DNA of 64,000 nt from Candidatus Nanohaloarchaea archaeon (GCA_041640035.1 JBEQBC010000001.1:64001-128000), one strand, 5' to 3'; positions 47,971-57,692 are shown, counted from the stretch's first letter. Numbers and translations: made by a program. The notes: generated by a model not told the origin, from the sequence alone.

Positions 47971-49379
47971 ATTCCTATATTTTTCTTAAACTCCTCAGCA
48001 TTCTCCAGATGCTCCTCAACTGTTTCTTCGTTCATCCTATTCAGTGTTGATGTCATGAAGCTCATTCTGTGGATGTCTGATATTTTGTCTTGGTGTTTGT
48101 TGATGAAGTTCCAGTAGAGGCCGTCCCAGTGGTTTTCCCAGTCGCCGCCTGTGTAGTGGCTCATTTTGTTGATGTAGTTTGAGGATGAGATGTAGGGTTT
48201 GGTCATCATGTTTTCGTAGGCGTACTGGCTCATGCCGTAGATGTTCGGCACCATCACCCAGTCGTACGAGTCGATGAACATCTCCATAAACCAGTCGTAG
48301 ACCTCATCAGGATCAATCTCCAGCAACAGCATCACATTACCCAAGACCATCAACCGCTCGATATGATGACAGTACGCATCATCCAACGCATGCTGAATCG
48401 AATCATCAACAGGCGGAAGCCCTGTATCACCAGTGTAAAACTCCTCAGGCATCGAATTGTCTGCGTCCCAGAAGTTCGCATCCCTCATATCAGGCTCCAG
48501 TTCATACATAGCCCGGATAAACTCCCGCCAACCGATGATCTGACGCAGAAAACCCTCCAGAGAATTCATCGGATAATCATGCTCCTCATGAGCCTCCAGA
48601 GTCTTCTCCACAACTTCTTCCGGAGTGATAAGGCCGATGTTAATCGATGAGGAGAGCAGTGAGTGGAATCCGAACTTGAGATCCGAGTCGATCGCGTCCT
48701 GATAATCGCCGAACTTTTCCAGCCGATTCTCCAGGAAGTCTTCCAGGTTCTCCGAGGCTTGTTCGCGGGTTACTGGCCAGAAGAAGTCTTCTACTTTGCC
48801 TGGATTATCCGGGAAGTTCTCCTGAATGTACTCTGTGGCTTCCTCGACATGTTCGGATGAAAACCGGGGTACTTCTGGTTTTTCTACATCTTGCGGCATC
48901 TTTTTCCTGTTTTCCGGGTCGAAGCTCCACTTGCCGCCCTCAGGCTTCCCTTCTTCGTCGACGAGTACATTATGTTTCTTCCGCATCCGTTTGTAGTAGT
49001 TCAGCTGGAAGTATTCGTGTGAAGAGAAATATTCGCTGTTGAAGTCCATGGATGCCATGAACCCGGGGTTTTCCACAAAGATTAGTTCTGTATTGTACTT
49101 GTCTGCGAGGCCTTCAAGCTGGTTCCGGACCTTGTGATCCACGGGGTCGTACATCCGGATCTTGTCTTCCTGCTGGAATATTTCTGCGATGTCTTCGTCG
49201 TACTGAATGTACTCTGCCTCGATATCTTCTATGTAGGCTTTCATCGAGGCCCTGTGTAAAATCAGCTTCTTTTTGTGGAATTGGAAGTCTGTGAAGTATC
49301 TTGAGTGTTCTACGAGGTACTTCTTGTCTTCGTCCACTGGTTCCGGGAAGAGCTGGTTGGGTAGTATTATTGATGCCAT
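47967..49379 (-). CDS. PhrB/CryB-like (6-4) photolyase family protein
   Basis: HKKKLILHRASM, PEGGKWSFDPENR, FGDYQDA, EGFLRQIIGWREF, HHIERLMVLGN, KPYISSSNYINKMS. Confidence 0.9.
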   Translation of the reverse strand: MASIILPNQLFPEPVDEDKKYLVEHSRYFTDFQFHKKKLILHRASMKAYIEDIEAEYIQYDEDIAEIFQQEDKIRMYDPVDHKVRNQLEGLADKYNTELIFVENPGFMASMDFNSEYFSSHEYFQLNYYKRMRKKHNVLVDEEGKPEGGKWSFDPENRKKMPQDVEKPEVPRFSSEHVEEATEYIQENFPDNPGKVEDFFWPVTREQASENLEDFLENRLEKFGDYQDAIDSDLKFGFHSLLSSSINIGLITPEEVVEKTLEAHEEHDYPMNSLEGFLRQIIGWREFIRAMYELEPDMRDANFWDADNSMPEEFYTGDTGLPPVDDSIQHALDDAYCHHIERLMVLGNVMLLLEIDPDEVYDWFMEMFIDSYDWVMVPNIYGMSQYAYENMMTKPYISSSNYINKMSHYTGGDWENHWDGLYWNFINKHQDKISDIHRMSFMTSTLNRMNEETVEEHLENAEEFKKNIGI

Positions 49380-49413
49380 AAAATGAATGAAAGGGAAAGT
49401 TTTTGGTGGTTTT

Positions 49414-50430
49414 TTAGAATTCGTCTTCTTCTGCTTCGTCTCCTACTGGTGCTCCGGCTACTGCTATCTCTGTGTCTTCACTGGCGTCTATTCTTCGGAG
49501 TTTGTAGGGTTTGACGAGGAATGCGTCTCCTTCGCTGTACTCTGTTTCTTCATCTCCGATCTTGAATGTGCCTGAGCCTTCTCGGAAGTAGTAGATTTCT
49601 GTCTCGTTTGCGTGCCGGTGTCCTTTCTCTGGGTTGTTCTGTGCTCCGTGGCTTTCATCTTCTGGTATCTGGAAGATGGAGAGTCCTACTTCTTCGTTCT
49701 CCAGTTCGCTTCTGAGGAACCGTGCCGGTCCGTCGACACTTGCTTTCTCGAAGCCCTTGTGTTCTGATTCAAGCTGTTTGAAGATGTTTTTGACATCGTT
49801 GCTGTTTTTCTCTACTGTTCCGCCGTGGAAGCAGTGTACTTTTCCGAAGCTTTCGAAGCTTAACCGGTTCAGTCCTTCTACCGCTTCCTCCATGTCAGGA
49901 GTAAAACGCTCTCTTGGACCTGAGAATCCATCTTCTTCTACATTCAGTATGTCGCCTGAGATCAGGAGATCTTCCAGTAGAAGTGAGATGTGTCCGGGTG
50001 TGTGGCCTGGTGTATGCATCACTTTGATATCTCTTCCATCTGCGTGAATGGTTTCTCCTCCGGTCAGCTCTATGTCTACATCGACTGCAGGGTATCTTTC
50101 ATCTCCCTTGATAGGGTCTTCCCGTCCGTCGATCGCTGGTGCGTCGTCTTCATGTGCTAGTACTGTTGCGTCGGTTTCTTCTACCAGTTCTGCGGCGCAT
50201 CCACAGTGATCGAAGTCTTGGTGTGTTAGAACAAGTTTTTCGACATCTGATAGGTCGAAGCCGTGTTCTTCAAGGTTTTCACGAATTTTGTCCAGGTTTC
50301 CTGGCAGTCCTGCGTCGACGAGGATCACTCCGTTGTCATCTTCTATCGCTGCAGGGTAGATTTTCTCTTTGTGGTCTTCGCCGAGTTCAAGTGTCTGCGG
50401 AAGCCCGTAAACTCCTTCAATTATCTTCAT
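49414..50430 (-). CDS. MBL-fold metallo-hydrolase fused to a C-terminal cupin domain
   Basis: THQDFDH, TPGHTPGH, SGD, FHGG; then HRHANETEIYYFREGSG cupin motif. Confidence 0.82.
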   Translation of the reverse strand: MKIIEGVYGLPQTLELGEDHKEKIYPAAIEDDNGVILVDAGLPGNLDKIRENLEEHGFDLSDVEKLVLTHQDFDHCGCAAELVEETDATVLAHEDDAPAIDGREDPIKGDERYPAVDVDIELTGGETIHADGRDIKVMHTPGHTPGHISLLLEDLLISGDILNVEEDGFSGPRERFTPDMEEAVEGLNRLSFESFGKVHCFHGGTVEKNSNDVKNIFKQLESEHKGFEKASVDGPARFLRSELENEEVGLSIFQIPEDESHGAQNNPEKGHRHANETEIYYFREGSGTFKIGDEETEYSEGDAFLVKPYKLRRIDASEDTEIAVAGAPVGDEAEEDEF

Positions 50431-50478
50431 AACAAAGAACTTGCGTTCAAAGGTTAAACTATCTTACGGATCAGAGTG

Positions 50479-50646
50479 TTATTCCAGGAATCTCTCTTTG
50501 GTGTAGACCGTGATGAAGCTGACTAGGCCTCCGATTAAAGCCACTAACGCTACTGTCTGTATGTTTGCGTTGAGTGTGCTTGTGGCGGCTACGGCGGTCA
50601 GGATCCCTATCAGGGTGCCTGTTGCCCCGGCACTGCTGTCCTTCAT
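50479..50646 (-). CDS. 55-aa two-TM protein; not in ORF track
   Basis: Manual translation MKDSSAGATGTLIGILTAVAATSTLNANIQTVALVALIGGLVSFITVYTKERFLE. Confidence 0.55.
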   Translation of the reverse strand: MKDSSAGATGTLIGILTAVAATSTLNANIQTVALVALIGGLVSFITVYTKERFLE

Positions 50647-50741
50647 ACCTGAGTTTCCTTCCGCAGTTGTATAACTTTTCCGGGGGGAAACCGCCTTTTG
50701 AGGTATTTATTTAGGGAGTGAAGGTGAATTGTTTGGATAGG

Positions 50742-51461
50742 ATGACTCTTCTCCAGGTACTTCGGGAAAGCTTTGAAATGTTGAAGGATGAGCCGAAGTT
50801 CTTTGTACCCCGGCTTTTCTCCACGACTATCTCCACAGCCTGGTTCATACTTGTATTCGACAACTATCTTTCCAAACTGACGACTTTGAAATACTCGAAC
50901 TCGGAGATGATCTTCTACCTCGTCTCGGGACCGCTCATAGTATTCATGGGTGTAGCAGTATCCATCATGCTCGCAAGGATGGTGGATAAAGGACCTGAAC
51001 TGAAATCTAGCTTCCTTTACACCGTGGGTAGGATGAAAACTTTGCTTCTGGTTACCTGGGGGATGCTGTCGCTCGGTATACTGATGGCACTACCTCTGAC
51101 TATCGGAATCGTACTTTACCCGGTTATGGGCATCGCTGTTCTTGCCGGTTCCGCAGCTCTAACCGTACTGATGATGATAGCTGTCTTCTACCTGCTTTAC
51201 TTCCTGCCTATCACCCTGGTTGAAAATTCAAGCGTAGTTGAAAGCATTAGGGATTCTATCAGTTCCTCAAGAGAGAACAGTAAAGAAGTGACTGTAATGT
51301 TGTTGTTCAGTTTCGCCTTGCTTGGAGTCGCTGGCCTTGCTCAAGGTGCATTAGAGTTCTTGGGCTACCTGGCTTTCGCTGCCAGCAGGTTCATCTCGGT
51401 GATAGTGACGACTTACCTTTTCGTTGTCAGCCCGAAGCTGTACCTAGTCGAAAACAACTGA
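50742..51461 (+). CDS. Multi-pass membrane protein
   Basis: About six TM segments; SIRDSI..S loop. Confidence 0.65.
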   Translation: MTLLQVLRESFEMLKDEPKFFVPRLFSTTISTAWFILVFDNYLSKLTTLKYSNSEMIFYLVSGPLIVFMGVAVSIMLARMVDKGPELKSSFLYTVGRMKTLLLVTWGMLSLGILMALPLTIGIVLYPVMGIAVLAGSAALTVLMMIAVFYLLYFLPITLVENSSVVESIRDSISSSRENSKEVTVMLLFSFALLGVAGLAQGALEFLGYLAFAASRFISVIVTTYLFVVSPKLYLVENN

Positions 51462-51466
51462 AAAAT

Positions 51467-51847
51467 TTAGAACTGTAGCTGCGCTGTGTACAGAATCGTG
51501 GTTGTAACGATTGTAAGAAGTGCGGCCTGGATATGCAGTTTCTTTGAAGCCTTCATGTCTTTCTTCCGGTCTTCCTCATCTTCTACTTTCTTTTCTTCGT
51601 CTTCTTCAGTTTGGTATGTGCCTTTTGATGCGTGTGCCACGCAGAAGCTTTTGTATCCCTGTAGTGTTCCCTCGAATCCTATGAATAGCAGTACTGCGAC
51701 ACCTACAAATATCAAGTCGCTTACTGAGGTAAGGAAATTAGCTGAAGCTAGAAGCAGTCCGGATACAAGTCCGCTGGCACCCAGCATATACCGTTTCCGC
51801 TGCCCGGATTCGTCTATATTGCAGACTCCGGGCTCATACTCTGTCAT
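51467..51847 (-). CDS. Membrane protein
   Basis: YEPGVCNI N-terminus, three hydrophobic helices, FCV motif. Confidence 0.65.
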   Translation of the reverse strand: MTEYEPGVCNIDESGQRKRYMLGASGLVSGLLLASANFLTSVSDLIFVGVAVLLFIGFEGTLQGYKSFCVAHASKGTYQTEEDEEKKVEDEEDRKKDMKASKKLHIQAALLTIVTTTILYTAQLQF

Positions 51848-51907
51848 ATAAAAAGTATAACGGGTTGTAGACCTAAAAAGTCTTCCGGTTTCTCAGCCGG
51901 TATTTTT

Positions 51908-52291
51908 TCAGCTCTGAGGTATCTCAAAGGAGGAATCCAGTTCTTCAGCTGGCTGAAGTCTTTTCCGTCCCCATTCTTCCATTCCCATTATGACTGGTTC
52001 GAGGCTTTCTCCGACCGGTGTAAGTGTGTAACTGACCTGCTTCGGGCTTTCCGAGATCACTTTTTTCTCTACGATATTCTTGTCTTGCAGGTCTTCAAGT
52101 GTTTCTGAGAGTACTTTGCTTGAAATTCCGTTTGCTTCTCTTTTCAGGTCGTTGAAGCTCAGTTTTTCTTTTTCTACCAGCCTGTGGATTATGACGGGGT
52201 GCCATTTTCGTCCTAGTATTTGGGATGCTGCGGTTACTGGACACCATGATTCTGTTGAGCACCATACCTTCATTTCTTCTTGTTCGCTCAT
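51908..52291 (-). CDS. HxlR-family winged-helix transcriptional regulator
   Basis: CPV....ILGRKW, FNDLK...GISSKVLS..L..L, P.QVSYTLT..G..L.P. Confidence 0.9.
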   Translation of the reverse strand: MSEQEEMKVWCSTESWCPVTAASQILGRKWHPVIIHRLVEKEKLSFNDLKREANGISSKVLSETLEDLQDKNIVEKKVISESPKQVSYTLTPVGESLEPVIMGMEEWGRKRLQPAEELDSSFEIPQS

Positions 52292-52322
52292 GTTGTAGTA
52301 GTTCTTTCAAGAATCTTATATA

Positions 52323-52339
52323 GGTTACCTTTGGTAACC
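52323..52339. promoter_or_regulatory. Perfect inverted repeat, candidate HxlR operator
   Basis: GGTTACC-TTT-GGTAACC between the divergent hxlR and multicopper oxidase genes. Confidence 0.55.
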
Positions 52340-52399
52340 AGGTTTATTCGCTTTGCGTTCCATTACCTATAAACTTTAAGCTGGTAATCTAGTCTAATT

Positions 52400-54439
52400 A
52401 TGAGTAAATATTTCCGGCCACTACTGATCGCATTAACAACCGTTCTACTAGCAACGACAGCATTCGCACACGGAATAGAAACCCATGAATCACAGGAGAA
52501 CCAAGAGACCACAACCACTGCAGAACCACAACTGGAACAACCATGCACCGAACCAAGATCAAGCTGGAGAAACGCACAGACAATAGCAGGAGTAGATATA
52601 CAGCAGTCGGAGAGATGTAACCCTGATAACCCGAATGTAGTGGCCGCAGCGGTCAAAGGGACAAACAATGTTCCGATGCCGGTACTGATGAAAACCGGAC
52701 TAAACCGAAACGCAATAATCAAAGAAAACGATACTGATGGCGACGGCGACCCAGACAACATCCACATCACACTAGAAGTAACAGGCGTCAACGAAGCCAA
52801 CGCACTAGCAACAGAAGAAATCGCACCAGGAGTCAAACCATCCTTCTGGACCTTCTCACCTAAAACCCGCGGAATGGTCGACAGCAACGCCAAAGTACAG
52901 GACCTGATAGAAGCAGTCAGCCCAACAATCAGGGTAGAAGAAGGCGATACAGTAACACTTGAAATCGAAAACACACACTACATGCCGCACACAGTCCACC
53001 TCCACGGAGTAGACCACCCATACAAAGGAACAAACGGAAGTAAAGGAGGCGACGGCGTACCTGTAACAAGCGAATCACCGATACCACCAGGCGAAAGCCG
53101 AGAATACACATTCACACCGGAAACGCCGGGATCAATGTTCTACCACTGCCATGTAGTCCCTAACACACATGTATCCATGGGACTGAACGGCATGTTCGTA
53201 ATAGAAGAAAACAAAGAAGACAACAATGTACAAACCATCAACCCTGGAGCAGGAAAAGTAAGACATCCATCCGAATCAGTGAACGAAAGCTACAGCTCCG
53301 AATACGACATGGTCTACCAGGATGTAGACAAAACTCTGCACGAAATCCCGAAGAAGTACAACGATACAAGAGAAATCGCGAAAGCAGTGAATCGTGACTA
53401 CGACAGAACCGATAACTCTCCTGATTACTTCCTGCTTAACGGTAAGAGCTTCCCTTACACCATGAGAGAATCAGTAGTAAATGTCGAACCGAACAAGAGA
53501 TACAAGATGAGAGTGCTGAACGCTGAGGGAGATGTTCTATCCCTACATACACACGGGCACAAAGTCAAGGTACAGCAGAAGGACGGCGTACCCGTAGACA
53601 ATCCAGTACAGAGAGATGTTATCGATGTTTCAGCAGCTCAGAGAGTAGATCTCTCGCTTAACACAACTATAGACGGACTGAATTCATACGACTCGGGAGT
53701 ATGGCTGATGCACGACCACCATGAAGAAGCAGTCACCACGGACGGTATTTCACCGGGCGGAAATGTAGCGATGATCTCGTACAGAGAGTACCTTAACAGC
53801 AAAGGCATGCCGGAAACCGAAACCAACACCAACCGTTACTTCAGCGACGCCTACTACGAGGGCAAAGTACCTTTCCACGGAGGAATGGACCAGCAAGCAT
53901 TCGGCTACCCACCAAGCGAAGAACCACCAGAGTTCACAGCTTCGGAAACATCAAACTCCGGTATGAGCATGATGATGGGCGACATGAGTATGGATATGGA
54001 GATGGTTCCGAACGGAACAGTCATCAACGAGAACACAGACCGTCTTCCTGAAGGCTGTGAGGAGATCAGAAGAAGCCGACAGCTCACAGTAGAAGCAGGC
54101 GAGAAGTTCGCGGAGCCTGGAGAAGCATACGGTTACAGACAGGACGAATGGGAGGTCCAGACCTGTGAAAAAGTAACAGTCAAGTTCCAGGTGCACGACG
54201 AGATCCGGCATCAGTGGATGATCCACGGACTTCCAAGAGACCTATACCCGATGGGAATGTTCAACCTGGAAGTCATGGACGGTGGAACGGTGGAAGGAAC
54301 ATTCATCACGCCAGCAGAACCAACCGACCTCAACCTACATTGCTCACTTCCACAGCACCAGCAGAAAGGAATGAACGGAACAGTATCAGTGGTTGACCCA
54401 AGCAGCGGATTCTTCAGCTGGCTCGGCAACCTCTTCTAA
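52400..54439 (+). CDS. Secreted multicopper oxidase with extra C-terminal cupredoxin domain
   Basis: Signal peptide; HTVHLHG, YHCHV....HVSMGL, LHTHGH, MHDHH; C-terminal HCSLPQHQQKGM. Confidence 0.85.
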   Translation: MSKYFRPLLIALTTVLLATTAFAHGIETHESQENQETTTTAEPQLEQPCTEPRSSWRNAQTIAGVDIQQSERCNPDNPNVVAAAVKGTNNVPMPVLMKTGLNRNAIIKENDTDGDGDPDNIHITLEVTGVNEANALATEEIAPGVKPSFWTFSPKTRGMVDSNAKVQDLIEAVSPTIRVEEGDTVTLEIENTHYMPHTVHLHGVDHPYKGTNGSKGGDGVPVTSESPIPPGESREYTFTPETPGSMFYHCHVVPNTHVSMGLNGMFVIEENKEDNNVQTINPGAGKVRHPSESVNESYSSEYDMVYQDVDKTLHEIPKKYNDTREIAKAVNRDYDRTDNSPDYFLLNGKSFPYTMRESVVNVEPNKRYKMRVLNAEGDVLSLHTHGHKVKVQQKDGVPVDNPVQRDVIDVSAAQRVDLSLNTTIDGLNSYDSGVWLMHDHHEEAVTTDGISPGGNVAMISYREYLNSKGMPETETNTNRYFSDAYYEGKVPFHGGMDQQAFGYPPSEEPPEFTASETSNSGMSMMMGDMSMDMEMVPNGTVINENTDRLPEGCEEIRRSRQLTVEAGEKFAEPGEAYGYRQDEWEVQTCEKVTVKFQVHDEIRHQWMIHGLPRDLYPMGMFNLEVMDGGTVEGTFITPAEPTDLNLHCSLPQHQQKGMNGTVSVVDPSSGFFSWLGNLF

Positions 54440-54498
54440 ACTTACCTCCCTGGTTTTCTACCTCTTTTTATTTAGTTCTTGACTCACAATTACTGTCC

Positions 54499-55638
54499 GT
54501 GACACACATACAGGACGCGGTACACGGCTACATCAAACTGAGCGAAGAGGAGAAAGAACTGATAGACACACCTCAGATGCAGAGACTGAGACGGATAAGA
54601 CAGCTAGGACTCTCCTCACTTGTGTACCCAAGCGCAACACATACCCGTTTCCAGCACAGCCTCGGAGTCATGCATATGGCCGGAAAGTTCGCAGAATCAC
54701 TCGGCCTGAACGACGAAAGAAGAAAAGAGCTCAGAATCGCCGGACTTCTCCATGATACAGGACACGGACCATTCAGCCACGCATCAGAAAAGGTGGCGGA
54801 AGAACATGGTATCTCACATGAGGAACTTTCATGCAGAAAGATAGAGGAACTGGGCGACAGGTTCGAGGTCAGCACGGAAAGAGTACTGAAAATCATAAAC
54901 GGAGAACTGGAGATAGGACAGATAGTAGCAGGAGATATCGACGCAGACAGAATGGATTACCTACAGAGAGACGCACACGGTACAGGAGTCGAACACGGAA
55001 ACATCGATGCAGCAACCATAATCAGGCTGGCCGAGATCGATTCCCGCAGAGTCGTCTTCGATCACAAAGCCATCCAGTCACTGGAATCACTTCTTACAGC
55101 CCGTTTCCACATGATGAAATCCGTCTACACCCACAAGACTTCCGCAATCGCAGAAAAGATGCTGGAAAGAAGCCTCCAGAGCTACCTCGATCAGGGACAT
55201 CAACTGGAGGAAATGATGCAGAAAGATGACTACCAGATGCATGTAGCACTTCAGAACGCGGAAAAACCTGCCTCCAACATATACAGCAAGATCACAGACA
55301 GGAACCTGTACAAACAAGCCTTGAGGAAAGATATACACCAGATAGACCGTGAAAAACTGATGGAGCTAGAACAGGTCGATGAGAAGGAACTTGAGGAAAA
55401 GATAAGTAACGAAACAGGTCTAGACAAATCAAAGGTACTGGTTAACACTCCGTGGACGCCGGACAGCAAGATGCGGAACATCAAGATCAAGAAGAACGGA
55501 GAGGTAAATAATATAGAAGAATACACACCTCTGCCGAAGGCTTTGAGCGAGGCAGAATGGAATCTCGTGCATTTCTCTGTTTACACGCCTGAAAAGCATG
55601 TAGAAAAGGTAAGAGAAGCAGCTGAGAAACTGATATGA
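54499..55638 (+). CDS. HD-domain phosphohydrolase (SAMHD1/dNTPase-like)
   Basis: DAVHG, QRLRRIRQLG, HTRFQHSLG, LLHDTGHGPFSH, DADRMDYLQRD. Confidence 0.9.
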   Translation: MTHIQDAVHGYIKLSEEEKELIDTPQMQRLRRIRQLGLSSLVYPSATHTRFQHSLGVMHMAGKFAESLGLNDERRKELRIAGLLHDTGHGPFSHASEKVAEEHGISHEELSCRKIEELGDRFEVSTERVLKIINGELEIGQIVAGDIDADRMDYLQRDAHGTGVEHGNIDAATIIRLAEIDSRRVVFDHKAIQSLESLLTARFHMMKSVYTHKTSAIAEKMLERSLQSYLDQGHQLEEMMQKDDYQMHVALQNAEKPASNIYSKITDRNLYKQALRKDIHQIDREKLMELEQVDEKELEEKISNETGLDKSKVLVNTPWTPDSKMRNIKIKKNGEVNNIEEYTPLPKALSEAEWNLVHFSVYTPEKHVEKVREAAEKLI

Positions 55639-56171
55639 TGAAAGCAGACAAAGAGTTCATCAAAAAATATCTGAAAGTCTATTCGGATACACAGGGACTG
55701 CTACCTGAACGGATGGAGGAGTTCCGAGAATGGTACCAAGATCAGGGAAATCTGACAAGAGACCAGCTGTACGAGATAGCTTATGAATCCAGCACCAGAA
55801 GCGCCTACCATGTAAACAAGAACCCCATAGATCGGTGCAGAGAAGTAACTGAAAATGTGAGAAAGGTTGAAGGCGATTTCTCAAAGATCGCGTTGATCAC
55901 AGAGCTGAAAGGATTCAAAGCCCCGACAGCCTCATGCGTACTGACAGCACTTGATCCTGAAAGACATGCGGTCGTTGATACTCGTGTATGGGCTTCTCTG
56001 GAACGACTCGGTTATCTTGAAGGAAGGAAAGAAACCTTTGACGCAGACGATTATGTAGAAATGATTGAACCTATTCGGGAGATAGCTGAAGAAACAGGAT
56101 ACACCCCCGAAAAAGTAGGTTACGCACTTTTCGCCCACGATTTCGATGTCCGTGAAGGCACTCTACACTGA
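55635..56171 (+). CDS. HhH-motif protein (DNA glycosylase-like fold)
   Basis: LKGFKAPTASCVL...P..HAVVDTRV resembles HhH plus the downstream Asp. Confidence 0.55.
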   Translation: MMKADKEFIKKYLKVYSDTQGLLPERMEEFREWYQDQGNLTRDQLYEIAYESSTRSAYHVNKNPIDRCREVTENVRKVEGDFSKIALITELKGFKAPTASCVLTALDPERHAVVDTRVWASLERLGYLEGRKETFDADDYVEMIEPIREIAEETGYTPEKVGYALFAHDFDVREGTLH

Positions 56172-56996
56172 AAATGGTCTGAAATCGTCCAGGAACTCGC
56201 CGGCCTGATTGTTCTCCAGGCTGTTGTCCATCTTCAACGATCTGTATTGATCCATGCCGAATGGTAGTGGAAGGTACTCTGCAACTTTCAACCCGTTTTT
56301 CGTTGTGAACTCCGGTGCAATGAAAACCTTCTTACCAGGGTACTTCCTCTTAACAAGTTGTTTCAGTGTTAGGGCTTGTTCTCCGCCGATATCGTAGACT
56401 CCTCTTGAGCCTTTTTCAACTGCCTCTGCGAATATATCTGCTACATCGTCCACCGCAATCGGCTGGAACTTCGGGTTGGCGGGGAGAACAGCTACAGGCA
56501 GGTTCCGCAACCTTCTCATCAGGTTGTCAAGTTCGCCGCCGTGTCCCAAGACCAGGGAGGGACGGAACACACAGGTCCTCAGATCAGAGTCAGTCACAAG
56601 CTTCTCTCCCTCACCTTTGGTTCTAAGGTACTCCGTTTCCGCATCCGGCGAAGCTCCATACGCACTCATATGTACAAGTTGATCTACATCGGCTCGGAGA
56701 GCCTCATCCACAATATTCTGTACACCTTCAACATGAATCTCCTCATAGCTTACACCAGAGGGTTCGAATAAAGGGCTTAAACCGGCCAGGTTCACGACTT
56801 TGTCGAAGTCATCGAAGTTCAGGGAGCCGTGGTAAAGTATATCAGTTATCTCAGTTTCAACATCGGAATTCAGTTTGGTTGTCCCATCTCCGCTTGGAGA
56901 GCCGGCAGTCACTTTGAATCCTTTCTCATCCAGCCGGTTGCATACACGCGTACCTATGAAACCGGTTCCTCCGATCACAAGAACATTTTCAGTCAT
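56163..56996 (-). CDS. NAD(P)-binding atypical SDR (NDUFA9-like)
   Basis: GGTGFIG, HMSAYGA, YLRTKGEGE, RPSLVLG. Confidence 0.88.
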   Translation of the reverse strand: MTENVLVIGGTGFIGTRVCNRLDEKGFKVTAGSPSGDGTTKLNSDVETEITDILYHGSLNFDDFDKVVNLAGLSPLFEPSGVSYEEIHVEGVQNIVDEALRADVDQLVHMSAYGASPDAETEYLRTKGEGEKLVTDSDLRTCVFRPSLVLGHGGELDNLMRRLRNLPVAVLPANPKFQPIAVDDVADIFAEAVEKGSRGVYDIGGEQALTLKQLVKRKYPGKKVFIAPEFTTKNGLKVAEYLPLPFGMDQYRSLKMDNSLENNQAGEFLDDFRPFSV

Positions 56997-56997
56997 T

Positions 56998-57441
56998 TTA
57001 TACAGGGCTGTATCTTCCTTTCAGTTCGGTTTTCTCCAGTACATGGTCTTCCATCTCTTCCTCAACCCGTTTACGGGGTACATCCTGTGCCAGACCTAAT
57101 TCGGTATCCAGTGCGTAGAGTCGGAAGATGTAAGTGTGCTCGCCGTCCGGTGGATTCGGTCCGCCGTAACCTGTCTCCCCGTAGTCGTTTTCTCCTTCAG
57201 TACCTGGAGCAGAATCCTCCTCTATAACCTCGGTTTCAGGATCTATATCGAAGAGAACCCAGTGATCCCAGATCTTTCCAGCAGGACCTAAAGCGTCAGG
57301 ATCATCAACTATCAGAACAAGCGATTCCGCATCCTCAGGTACTCCTGAGATACGGAGCTCAGGGTTTACATTATCTCTTTGATATCCATACTTCTCAGGT
57401 ATCTCTCCATCATCCTCGAAAACCGGGCTTACAAGCTTCAT
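56998..57441 (-). CDS. YbhB/YbcL (PEBP) family protein
   Basis: DDPDA...WDHWV, YGGPNPP..EH.Y.F.LYALD. Confidence 0.92.
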   Translation of the reverse strand: MKLVSPVFEDDGEIPEKYGYQRDNVNPELRISGVPEDAESLVLIVDDPDALGPAGKIWDHWVLFDIDPETEVIEEDSAPGTEGENDYGETGYGGPNPPDGEHTYIFRLYALDTELGLAQDVPRKRVEEEMEDHVLEKTELKGRYSPV

Positions 57442-57544
57442 ACAACTAAATTACCATTCCGACAGGTTAAATCTTTCCCAGAACCCAATCCAACTTGAAT
57501 ATGGTTTAAAAGACTTCACATCAACACTCTACAATACCAAGACA

Positions 57545-57617
57545 GGCGGGATGGTGTAGTGGACTATCATTGGCCGTTTGGGACGGCCAGACCCCGGTTC
57601 AAATCCGGGTCCTGCCA
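57545..57617 (+). tRNA. tRNA-Pro(UGG)
   Basis: Acceptor GGCGGGA/TCCTGCC-A, anticodon arm GGCCG-TT-TGG-GA-CGGCC, CCCGG-TTCAAAT-CCGGG. Confidence 0.93.
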
Positions 57618-57692
57618 TGTTATGTTTCTAATTTGAATTCTTAGTAGAGGTTTAATCGGGTTTTTATCACTTGATAAGTTATTTGGTGGAAT

